Shown one piece after another: positions 8,623 through 16,383 of a DNA stretch of 20,000 bases. Where the stretch lies: positions 122,397 through 142,396 of the forward strand of contig DHPR01000033.1 in the NCBI GenBank assembly GCA_002410925.1. Reading direction: 5' to 3'. The notes beneath the pieces are model-generated. The model saw only the letters and a list, made by a program, of their open reading frames with translations, made no database searches and was not told where the DNA came from. Position 1 is the first letter of the stretch, and every line of letters starts with the position of its first letter. This DNA is from a bacterium UBP13_UBA5359. Its GTDB lineage: Bacteria > UBP13 > UBA5359. A program made the position numbers and the translations under genes.

Positions 8623-9927
8623 TTGGCGATGCATGAAACATCCGGACTTCATTCAGAAATCGCTGTTATTGCCGCCATATATTTCTCTGCCGTCGGTGAG
8701 AAAGAAATCGATGAGGATATGGCTGAGCTGGACAGGTTGGCCGATACGGCCGGGGCATCGGTTGTTGCCAGAGTGACACAACGGCGCCAGAGTCCTGACT
8801 TGGCTTATTTTCTGGGCAAAGGCAAACTGGAGGAGCTGAAAGAGAGCGTTATTTCGGAAGGGGCCGATCTGGTAATCATCAACAATCAGCTTTCGCCGCT
8901 CCAGCAGCGCAATCTGGAGAACGCACTGGAAGTTAAGGTGATAGACAGAACAGCTCTGATTCTTGATATCTTTGCACAACGGGCCAGGACCAGGGAAGGT
9001 CAGTTGCAAGTTGAACTGGCGCAATTGAATTATCTTCTACCTCGCCTGGCCGGTAAGGGTATAGAGCTCTCACGGTTAGGAGGAGGTATCGGCACCAGAG
9101 GGCCTGGAGAGACTAAACTGGAAGCAGACAGGCGCCGTATAAGACGCCAAATCATCAGATTGGAAGAAGAGCTTGATAAGGTGCGAAAGCAGCGTTTGCT
9201 GCAGTCTCAACCGCGTCATGACGTTCCTGTGATGGTGACTGCGCTGGTAGGGTATACCAATGCCGGCAAATCAACTCTCTTCAATACGCTCACAGGAGCT
9301 GATGTCCTGACGGAGAACAGATTGTTTGCTACCTTGGATCCTACGCTCAGGCGTGTCAGATTGCCTAATGGACAGACTATAGTGCTGAGTGATACGGTAG
9401 GATTCATACGCAATCTGCCGCATAGTGTCGTAGCAGCATTCCGGGCTACTCTGGAAGAGGTGGTAGAGGCGGATATAATCATACATGTAGTGGATGCCTC
9501 CAATCCTCTATCGCATAAGCAAAGCGATGCGGTATACGAGGTTTTGGAAGAGCTGGGCGTGGCTGACAAGCCTATTATAACCGTGCTCAACAAGATGGAC
9601 CTGGTGGAGCATCCGCAGAGCCTTCAGCGCCTGGCAGATACGGCAGAGCGAACGGTAGCTCTCTCTGCCCTTAATGGAACAGGGTTGGATGATCTGCTGG
9701 ACGAGATTGTAGAAATTATGAATGAACGTCTGGCGGTTATCGAAGTAAGCTTGCCTTATAACAGGCTGGACATACTTTCACTGCTTTACGATACCGGCCA
9801 GGTGCTGGAGCGGCGCTATGATTCGGACGGCATATTTGTACGTGCTGAAGTGGATATGGTAGTAGCGGAAAGAATCAAGGAGTTTGTTAAAAGCAGAGTG
9901 AATTTGAGAGGAGACAGGGGACGGTAG
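8623..9927 (+). CDS. hflX: GTPase HflX (start TTG 8623 or ATG 8629)
   Basis: ILDIFAQRARTREGQLQVELAQL, GGGIGTRGPGETKLE, GYTNAGKST, LFATLDPT, DTVGFI, NKMD. Confidence 0.98.
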   Translation: MAMHETSGLHSEIAVIAAIYFSAVGEKEIDEDMAELDRLADTAGASVVARVTQRRQSPDLAYFLGKGKLEELKESVISEGADLVIINNQLSPLQQRNLENALEVKVIDRTALILDIFAQRARTREGQLQVELAQLNYLLPRLAGKGIELSRLGGGIGTRGPGETKLEADRRRIRRQIIRLEEELDKVRKQRLLQSQPRHDVPVMVTALVGYTNAGKSTLFNTLTGADVLTENRLFATLDPTLRRVRLPNGQTIVLSDTVGFIRNLPHSVVAAFRATLEEVVEADIIIHVVDASNPLSHKQSDAVYEVLEELGVADKPIITVLNKMDLVEHPQSLQRLADTAERTVALSALNGTGLDDLLDEIVEIMNERLAVIEVSLPYNRLDILSLLYDTGQVLERRYDSDGIFVRAEVDMVVAERIKEFVKSRVNLRGDRGR

Positions 9928-9978
9928 TGCCGGAATGAGTTGCTCGGGATTTGAGTGCGTTTGGAAGCTGGGTAAGAA

Positions 9979-10007
9979 TTGCATGTAATGGAAAAAAGCG
10001 ATATGCT
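9979..10007 (+). promoter_or_regulatory. Putative sigma70 promoter for the small protein at 10065
   Basis: TTGCAT (9979-9984), 17-nt spacer, TATGCT (10002-10007). Confidence 0.5.
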
Positions 10008-10064
10008 TAAAGATAAGGATATTGAGCCTGAAGGGTTCTATTTATTATATTGAGAGGAGAGACT

Positions 10065-10265
10065 ATGAGAAGAGAGAAAATCGATGCCTATATCGTAACC
10101 GGAGTGGTTTCTGCGGCGGCAGGCATCCTAATAGCTTCCTATCTCTATTCAAGGCAGCGTAGTCAGGATCCTTTGCTGATTGCTGAGAAGATTGTCAAGG
10201 AATGCCGAGAGAAGATAGAGGAGATAGAGAAAGACCTGACAACAGTTAAAATCACCGAGTCATAG
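10065..10265 (+). CDS. Small hypothetical protein, N-terminal TM helix plus charged helical tail (66 aa)
   Basis: GAGGAG RBS before ATG 10065; hydrophobic YIVTGVVSAAAGILIASYLY followed by AEKIVKECREKIEEIEKDL. Confidence 0.7.
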   Translation: MRREKIDAYIVTGVVSAAAGILIASYLYSRQRSQDPLLIAEKIVKECREKIEEIEKDLTTVKITES

Positions 10266-11150
10266 ATCCTCCAGCGCTGCGCGTTGCTTCTCTTGTGAAA
10301 CATGAGTATATATTTGCGTTGTTGATATGGAGGCATGTCCCAGAGTATCTTGCACCAGGCGCAGGTCATTGCCGCTTTTACGATAAAGGATGGTGGCAAA
10401 GGTATGGCGTAGCTTATGAGGAGTTATATTCTCATGGCAAGAGATATAACCGCGTTCACAGGCCAAGTTAATATACTTGCGCAGCATATCTCTAATACCC
10501 TGGGGGGTAAAGCGGCAGCGTTTACGGCTGGTGAAGAGAGGAGAGGAGGGGCTTTTATCCTCCTTTTCCGCTAGATAAGCCTTTAAGGCCGAATGGGAGA
10601 TACGGTTCAAAGGTATAACTCTCTCCTTATTGCCCTTACCGGTGACTTTCAGAGTATCGCCGTGCAGGTCGCTTATATCAAGACTGACAAGCTCCTGCAC
10701 TCGCAGACCGGTGTTGAGAAAGATGAGTATTATAGCGGTATCTCGTTTGTTGCTGGTCAGCTCTTCAAGGCTGATCAGATGGTTTTTTTCTTTCTCCGCC
10801 AGATAGACAGGCGTTCTGTTCTTGGTCAGGCGGGGCAGCCTGACGTTGGCAGTAGGATTTTTCTCAACGATTTCTTCCTGAAAGAGATATTTGAAGAAGC
10901 TTTTGAGAGAGGCTATCTTACGGGCCACGGAGCTCATGGCATAGCCCTTCTCCTGCAGAAAGACGCTGTAAGCTCTGATCTCCGTAGATGACACCGTATT
11001 TACGGCGGGAATCCGCTTGCGAGCGGCTCTATACCAGAGGTAGAAAGTACGCAGGTCTATCTCATAGCCCTGACGAGTGTTGGGCGATTTGCCCTCACTG
11101 GCCAGATACATAGCAAAATCGTCGACGTAATCAAAGAAATCTGCTGCCAT
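10260..11150 (-). CDS. XerC/XerD-type tyrosine recombinase (296 aa)
   Basis: N-terminal SPNTRQGY and SSVARKIASLKSFFKYL; full catalytic set R (TGLRVQEL), K (GKGNKER), HxxR (PHKLRHTFAT), H and Y (LGHASISTTQIYTHV); CAGGAGG RBS. Confidence 0.95.
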   Translation of the reverse strand: MAADFFDYVDDFAMYLASEGKSPNTRQGYEIDLRTFYLWYRAARKRIPAVNTVSSTEIRAYSVFLQEKGYAMSSVARKIASLKSFFKYLFQEEIVEKNPTANVRLPRLTKNRTPVYLAEKEKNHLISLEELTSNKRDTAIILIFLNTGLRVQELVSLDISDLHGDTLKVTGKGNKERVIPLNRISHSALKAYLAEKEDKSPSSPLFTSRKRCRFTPQGIRDMLRKYINLACERGYISCHENITPHKLRHTFATILYRKSGNDLRLVQDTLGHASISTTQIYTHVSQEKQRAALEDL

Positions 11151-11170
11151 ACGGCTGCCTCCTGTTGAAT

Positions 11171-11179
11171 ATTATAGCA
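11171..11179 (-). promoter_or_regulatory. Extended -10 (TGCTATAAT) for the Xer recombinase gene
   Basis: Minus strand reads ...CTGCTATAATATTCAACAGGAGGCAGCCGTATG. Confidence 0.55.
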
Positions 11180-11224
11180 GGAAAAGCCTCTCTATGGCAG
11201 TATCTGACAAGGAATGATAGTATT

Positions 11225-12409
11225 ATGAATTTTCAATGGCTGCAACTGGCCGGCTTAACGCTGATGCATCTTCATGTTGATATGCTTGGAGGTATGCTGC
11301 CAGCCATATTGCCGGTAATTCGCCAAAACTATGATTTAAGTTTGTCGGCCACATTTACCATGCTAGCTGTTCTGAACCTTTCATGCAATGGTATTCAGCT
11401 GGCAATAGGGCATTTGCGAGCCTCAAGCCGGCAGCCGCTCTTTCTATTCCTCGGTATATCTCTTACCGCTGCTCTCTGTGTATTTGGATTGCTTCCGCGC
11501 GTTGACTATATCTTCCCTTTGCTGCTTATGCTGATGGTTATAGGTGGAAGCGGCGTGGCCATGATTCATCCAGAAGGGCTAAGGGCGGTTCATGCCCTGG
11601 ATCGACTCCCTTCATCCATTGCTACCGTTCTCTTTATGGTTGGCGGCAATCTCGGTTTTGCCGGCGGAGGGTATCTATCGGCATTACTGGTGAGCCGGTG
11701 GGGACTGGCCGGGCTTTTGCCCCTTCTTCTCATTGTGCCGTTAAGCCTGGCGGCTATGCGCCTGCTGCGTATCCGCCTCGCGGTAGAAGATAAGAGCAGG
11801 AGAGAGGAAGAGCCTGTCGATGAAGAATTTCAACCGGCAGGGGTTCCCTTTGCCCGTCTCCTGCTTCTGTCTATTCCGGTAGCTACGGCCGCGACTCTGT
11901 TGGCCGGTTATCTACCTACTCATTTGCACGAACTGGGCTTTTCTATCTCATTCGGCGGACTGTCGACACTGGTTTTCGGCGCCAGTGGCGTGGCAGGATC
12001 GATAGTCTGGGGGATGCTGGCCCGGAACAGAGGGGACTACTACGCTTTGCGCGTTTCTCTGCTGGCAGGCATACCCTTTCTGGCGGCATATCTCTTTACT
12101 ATGCAATACCGGCCGGCTATCTGTCTGCTGGGCATGGCCGGCTTCTGTCTGATGGCCGCTTTTCCGCTGATAGTCTCTATAGCCAGATATGCAAGCGGGT
12201 ACAATCTTGGCCGTCGTATGGCTCTGATCGTGGGGGGATCATGGGGCGCAGCCAGTATAATTATGATGCTCACAGGTGCTTCAGCGAATGCAATAGGCGT
12301 GCGTCTGATACTCATGCTGACATTTCTTATCTATGCCGTGGCTGCCGGCATACTGATGTTTATGCTTCCTGTAAAGGCACCCTATGCGGCCAGAATCGAG
12401 GAAGTGTGA
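11225..12409 (+). CDS. MFS transporter, Fsr (fosmidomycin resistance)-like
   Basis: About 12 hydrophobic segments; HLHVDMLGGMLPAILP, HPEG and FMVGGNLGFAGG typical of Fsr-like MFS proteins. Confidence 0.85.
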   Translation: MNFQWLQLAGLTLMHLHVDMLGGMLPAILPVIRQNYDLSLSATFTMLAVLNLSCNGIQLAIGHLRASSRQPLFLFLGISLTAALCVFGLLPRVDYIFPLLLMLMVIGGSGVAMIHPEGLRAVHALDRLPSSIATVLFMVGGNLGFAGGGYLSALLVSRWGLAGLLPLLLIVPLSLAAMRLLRIRLAVEDKSRREEEPVDEEFQPAGVPFARLLLLSIPVATAATLLAGYLPTHLHELGFSISFGGLSTLVFGASGVAGSIVWGMLARNRGDYYALRVSLLAGIPFLAAYLFTMQYRPAICLLGMAGFCLMAAFPLIVSIARYASGYNLGRRMALIVGGSWGAASIIMMLTGASANAIGVRLILMLTFLIYAVAAGILMFMLPVKAPYAARIEEV

Positions 12410-12477
12410 CAAGATATCCAATTTATGTGACTCTTTATCGTATCTCCCCGTGCATTGTGAGAGAAGCCGAATTATTC

Positions 12478-12515
12478 CTCCAATCTTGCTTAACAGTTAT
12501 TAAGCAAGATTGGAG
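12478..12515. repeat. Perfect 16-bp inverted repeat with 6-bp spacer (dif-like recombination site or bidirectional terminator)
   Basis: CTCCAATCTTGCTTAA-CAGTTA-TTAAGCAAGATTGGAG, lying between convergent genes. The repeat is directly seen; its function is uncertain. Confidence 0.9.
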
Positions 12516-12547
12516 AGGACTGATTTCTTCCATCTGAGGAATTTATA

Positions 12548-12745
12548 TCAGTAAGCGCTTAAATTACGGCGCCAATACTGGCCATTGGGCGCTGCGCATT
12601 GACTTAGCATTGCTCCATGCGACTGCCATTCGACATGCCCATCTGCAAAGCCCAGGTTGAGACCATCGTTATGCCGGTATGTCATACCGTAAATAACGCC
12701 ATTCTTCATCGCGTCGGCGCCGTTTACAGGCACGCAGTTATTCCA
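12548..12745 (-). pseudogene. 3' remnant of a prepilin-type/DUF1559-like gene with H-X9-DG motif
   Basis: YRHNDGLNLGFADGHVEW has H-X9-DG spacing. The frame runs into the AraC paralog sequence and closes there; no N-terminal prepilin cleavage motif or RBS. Confidence 0.8.
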
Positions 12746-13230
12746 ACTCGCCTGATCAAAAGAATAAGCCTTAAAAGCTCGCTATACACCATCTCAACCC
12801 AGTAGGATTGCTTGCTTTCCTTCTCTGCGATTATGTTCCTAGCAATAACCTCTGTCACTGCCGCCTCTCGCTCCGATAATGCAAAAAGACGCGGAAAATC
12901 GTCGGGAAGATCAACTAAATAGCTCTCTTCATCCAAAAAATCGGCAGCAAAACAGATGGAATACTTCTCAACGTATGGAGTAAGCTCGATGTCTATACGG
13001 TGAAGTTCGTCAGGTCTTATGACGAGTAGAGAATTCTTGTGAAATGAGTAGTTGTGATCGTGAATGAAGTAAGCTCCCTGTCCTCTCTTGATATATTGTA
13101 TTTCTATTTCCCGGTGATATGTCAGAGAACTGGGCAGAGAAGGCTTCCCACAGACATACAATATCTTTACAGGACACTCTGTCGATGATTTGAAAATTGG
13201 ATCACCTATTAGCTTGCTGGCATCGCTCAA
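12724..13230 (-). pseudogene. Truncated AraC paralog (cupin sensor domain only, HTH lost)
   Basis: Collinear with the N-terminal ~165 aa of 13304..14158 (YHxExEIQYIKRGxGAYFI, YSFHKNSLLVIRPDExHRI, SELLRLILLIRR), then diverges and stops. Confidence 0.85.
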
Positions 13231-13269
13231 TGTATTATGACCTCGGCAGAAGAAACATCGCGTAGTTGT

Positions 13270-13298
13270 ATAATAACCTGGTGCAAGGCTACCAGCAA
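13270..13298 (-). promoter_or_regulatory. Putative sigma70 promoter for the truncated AraC paralog
   Basis: Minus strand TTGCTG, 17-nt spacer, TATTAT. Confidence 0.45.
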
Positions 13299-13303
13299 TG
13301 TGA

Positions 13304-14158
13304 TTATTTGCTCATACGATATGATAATTTGCGGTATTCGGAAGGAGTAAGGCCTGTGACCATTTTAAAGCTACGATTGAACAGGGCGAAATCCGGTTGC
13401 CCCACATCTCGGGCAATGGCGGCAACTTTGAGATCAGGCTCATCTTCCAATAATCTTTTAGCCTCGACTATTCTACGCTGAATCAAATACTGTTTGAAAT
13501 TCAGGCCATTACACTTCTTGAACAGTCGGGAGAGATGACTTGAAGAAACGGAAAAGAGCTCTGCTGTCTCACTTAATGTCAATTCTTGCCTGAAGTTAGT
13601 TTCTATGTAGTTCATAATATCGTTTATTAAGGGGTTTTTCTCTCTTTGTTGTTTATGGCGTAAAGCAATCCGCCTGATCAAAAGAATAAGTCTTAAAAGC
13701 TCACTGCGGATGACCTCTAGCCAATAAGGTTGTTTGTCCTCCTTCTCATCTATCATGTTTCTGATAATAATCTTTACGGCAGTTGCTTCTCTCTCTGTCA
13801 GTTCCAACAAACGAGGAAAACCCTCAGGCAGATAAGCTAAACGACATTGTTCTTTCAAAAAGGCGATAGCAAAGCAAAATGAGTATTTCTCAACATATGG
13901 GGAATGCTCGATATTAATACGATGAATTTCATCAGGCCTTATAACGAGCAGAGAGTTCTTATGAAACGAATAATCATTGCCCTGTATAAAATAGGCACCC
14001 CGCCCCCTCTTAATATATTGAATTTCCATCTCTTGATGATATGCAAATGGCCCCGGGGAAGGAGGTACACCATGAACATATAATATATTTACGGGACACT
14101 TTACAGATGCTTTGAATACTGGATTGCATATAGAATTGTTGATACTGTCTAGCTGCAT
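13304..14158 (-). CDS. AraC family transcriptional regulator
   Basis: N-terminal cupin; C-terminal double HTH (YIETNFRQELTLSETA...HLSRLFKK...RRIVEAKRLL...FNRSFKMVTGLTPSEYRK); GAGGT RBS. Confidence 0.96.
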   Translation of the reverse strand: MQLDSINNSICNPVFKASVKCPVNILYVHGVPPSPGPFAYHQEMEIQYIKRGRGAYFIQGNDYSFHKNSLLVIRPDEIHRINIEHSPYVEKYSFCFAIAFLKEQCRLAYLPEGFPRLLELTEREATAVKIIIRNMIDEKEDKQPYWLEVIRSELLRLILLIRRIALRHKQQREKNPLINDIMNYIETNFRQELTLSETAELFSVSSSHLSRLFKKCNGLNFKQYLIQRRIVEAKRLLEDEPDLKVAAIARDVGQPDFALFNRSFKMVTGLTPSEYRKLSYRMSK

Positions 14159-14319
14159 TACGACCTCGAGTCAGAAAGTAACCCTGCAGGGGTAAAACCT
14201 ATAAAACTTATTCGCTATTGCACCTCGAATAACCTTCAATTTCTCTGTTTAACCTCCCTGTCTTATGGTGCGCAGCCTGCTCGGCATCAGCAAAGAAATT
14301 GAATGGGGCAAAGAAGAGC

Positions 14320-14391
14320 GGCGAATCATTCTACGATGTAAGACATGTGACGATAACTGACGGCTATCGGTATTCCCTCTTCCTGAAAAGC
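14320..14391 (-). repeat. Decayed 72-nt copy of an internal part of the DegT gene (15148..15219)
   Basis: Reads AFQEEGIPIAVSYRHMSYIVE*FA versus ALQEEGIPIAASYRHLPHTMEWFA; 61/72 nt identical by manual alignment; TGG->TGA. Confidence 0.9.
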
Positions 14392-14393
14392 TA

Positions 14394-14898
14394 CTATGCC
14401 TTTAAGTGCGATAGTAATATATCTCCAACTATGCCCCGAAAGCTCCATGAGTGATTGTAATTGTTCGAATAGTCGAGCTGATGTGTCCGGTTGGTTAAAA
14501 CAATTACATATCTATCCTGCTCCGGATCAATCCATATTGACTGGCCTGTCCAGCCGCTGTGGCCTATAGCTGCATACGACATGGTTTGAGGACGGTCTCC
14601 AGCCAGTGCTTCTGAAGATTTAAGCATTCTCCAGCCAAACGCATGCAATGGGAAAGTCGGATAGCTGCAGGCATGCATGAGCCATAAGCGTGACTTGCTA
14701 TGAAGAACCTCTTCCTTGCTACCGAAAAGCATCATTTGGCAGAAACGGGCAAGGTCTTCAACCGTTGAGAAGAGGCCCGCATTGCCAACAGGCCCAAAGG
14801 AAATCAACTGATGTGCTTCTGCCGGCAGCAACCACAATGCCGTGCAGAAGCCCGTCTTCTACTGCATTAATACATGCGGCCTCCAGCGACCTGTACAT
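14394..14898 (-). pseudogene. Serine hydrolase (beta-lactamase class C/PBP family) with large internal deletion
   Basis: RBS and ATG 14898 give MYRSLEAACINAVEDGLLHGIVVAAGRSTSVDFLWAC. This joins out of frame at ~14788-14795 to the C-terminal PVGNAGLFSTVEDLARFCQM...GHSGWTGQSIWIDPE...VLTNRTH. The catalytic SxxK/YxN region is absent. Confidence 0.85.
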
Positions 14899-14943
14899 AA
14901 TATCTTCCTTCCAGATAACGCATGCTCTCTGCCTTTATCTCAT

Positions 14944-16209
14944 CTAGAAGGCCAGAATCTCCTCCACCTTATTAAGGGCCTTTAAGGTATCGGCAATCTC
15001 CTCATCTCCCCATCCCTCGTGGACGAAAAGATTGAACTGCTTATCCGTAACGGCTACGGCATTGGGGCAGGTGAAGGCTCTGTCGACATCGCCGGTATAG
15101 TGAGGCGATGTCCAGGGATGACCGCTGCTGCCGAATACCTGCCTCTTGGCGAACCATTCCATGGTGTGAGGCAAATGACGATAACTGGCGGCTATCGGTA
15201 TTCCCTCTTCCTGCAGAGCTTTGCAGTAAGTCTCTTTATTGCAGCTAGAGACCTCGCTGTTGAACTCCAACCGCATGAACCAGTAGCTTGATTCCGCTCC
15301 GGGTAATATATCGGGAGCTGTTATCAGCTTCAGCTTCTCTACGCCTTGCCTTATAGCAGCAGCTACATATTGACGGCGCTTGATTATATCGGGCAGCTTC
15401 TTTAGCTGTACTCTGCCTATAGCTGCCGACAGATCGTTAAGGTTAAAGTTAAGAGCACCTATGCAGTTGGTGCTCCCAGCGGGCAAACCGAAGGGCTTGC
15501 CTCTGTCCGAGCACCACCTGCTTCTCTGATACAGATGTCCATTTTGGGTGTAGACTACACCGCCCTGTCCTCCGGTACAGTGGTGCTTGCCGAACATGGT
15601 GGAGAAGGCGGCTATATCTCCAAAGGTGCCTACCTTCTCTCCATTGAGCGTAGCTCCATGGGCCTGAGCACAGTCTTCTATCACGGGTATGCCGTGCTTG
15701 TGAGCTAAGGCCATAACCCCTTTCATATCAACGGGCTCTCCTCCGATATGGGCTACTATGATGGCACCGGTAAGAGGGGATATCAGCTCTGCTATCTGCT
15801 CCGGCCCTGTGTTGTAACTGCCAGGGGCGGTATCGGCTATTATGGGTATGCAGTTGCACATTACTATGGGCATCATACCGCCGGGATCGGTTATGGGGCT
15901 GACTATAACCTCTGTAAAGGGTTCGGGATTAACAGCACGCAGAGCTGTATATACGGCCGTAGTGCCGGAGTTGACGGCATCGGCATAGCCGCCTCCCATA
16001 TACTCTGCAAACTCGAGGCAGTAGGCCTCTTCCTCTGGCCCGTTATAGCCGAAGGCGTTGCCCGTGGCTATGGCTTCATCAAAGAGGGCATTGACGGCTG
16101 CTCTCTCCTCTTCTCCCAGCAGCCCACGCCCTGGCCAGGGTTTGGTTCTGACCTTTGCACCGCCATATATGGCCAGTTTAAATAATTCCTTATCGGTGTT
16201 CATTTCCAT
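14944..16209 (-). CDS. DegT/DnrJ/EryC1/StrS family PLP aminotransferase
   Basis: KLAIYGGAKVR, VNSGTTAV, IEDCAQAHGA, FSTMFGKHHCTGGQGG (PLP Lys region), AAIGRVQLKKL; AGGAGG RBS 11 nt before ATG 16209. Confidence 0.95.
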   Translation of the reverse strand: MEMNTDKELFKLAIYGGAKVRTKPWPGRGLLGEEERAAVNALFDEAIATGNAFGYNGPEEEAYCLEFAEYMGGGYADAVNSGTTAVYTALRAVNPEPFTEVIVSPITDPGGMMPIVMCNCIPIIADTAPGSYNTGPEQIAELISPLTGAIIVAHIGGEPVDMKGVMALAHKHGIPVIEDCAQAHGATLNGEKVGTFGDIAAFSTMFGKHHCTGGQGGVVYTQNGHLYQRSRWCSDRGKPFGLPAGSTNCIGALNFNLNDLSAAIGRVQLKKLPDIIKRRQYVAAAIRQGVEKLKLITAPDILPGAESSYWFMRLEFNSEVSSCNKETYCKALQEEGIPIAASYRHLPHTMEWFAKRQVFGSSGHPWTSPHYTGDVDRAFTCPNAVAVTDKQFNLFVHEGWGDEEIADTLKALNKVEEILAF

Positions 16210-16294
16210 AGCTTCAGAATCCTCCTGTTTTTCACAGCTTGCTCTTTGCAAGCAACGTCACTTTCATTCTTTAAATATAGATCTCTTACTCTGA

Positions 16295-16323
16295 ATACTA
16301 TCAAATGCCCGATATATAAACAA
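16295..16323 (-). promoter_or_regulatory. Putative sigma70 promoter for the DegT gene
   Basis: Minus strand TTGTTT, 17-nt spacer, TAGTAT with an extended TG, in an AT-rich stretch. Confidence 0.4.
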
Positions 16324-16383
16324 TTCGATTTCTTGTGCTCTCTATATGAATTTTTGCGCTCTTCAGCAGAATTTAACAAGTAA

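Noticed and set aside
11160-11182. Imperfect palindrome TCCTG-N13-CAGGA over the xer -10/RBS as an autoregulatory operator
   Set aside because: Only 5-bp perfect arms; readily expected by chance.
12405-12460. Three TGTGA pentamers (CRP-like half-sites)
   Set aside because: No paired TCACA half-site, irregular spacing, and located between convergent 3' ends.
12730-12780. Programmed -1 frameshift producing an AraC-sensor/H-X9-DG fusion protein
   Set aside because: No canonical X XXY YYZ slippery heptamer in frame; a deletion explains the junction more simply.
14265-14360. Short plus-strand ORF MVRSLLGISKEIEWGKEERR...
   Set aside because: Only ~31 codons, no RBS, partly antisense to the DegT duplicate; cannot be supported without a search.
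14320-15219. DegT repeat pair as a diversity-generating retroelement TR/VR
   Set aside because: Mismatches are not confined to adenines on either strand, the target is not at a C-terminal ligand-binding domain, and no reverse transcriptase is in the window.
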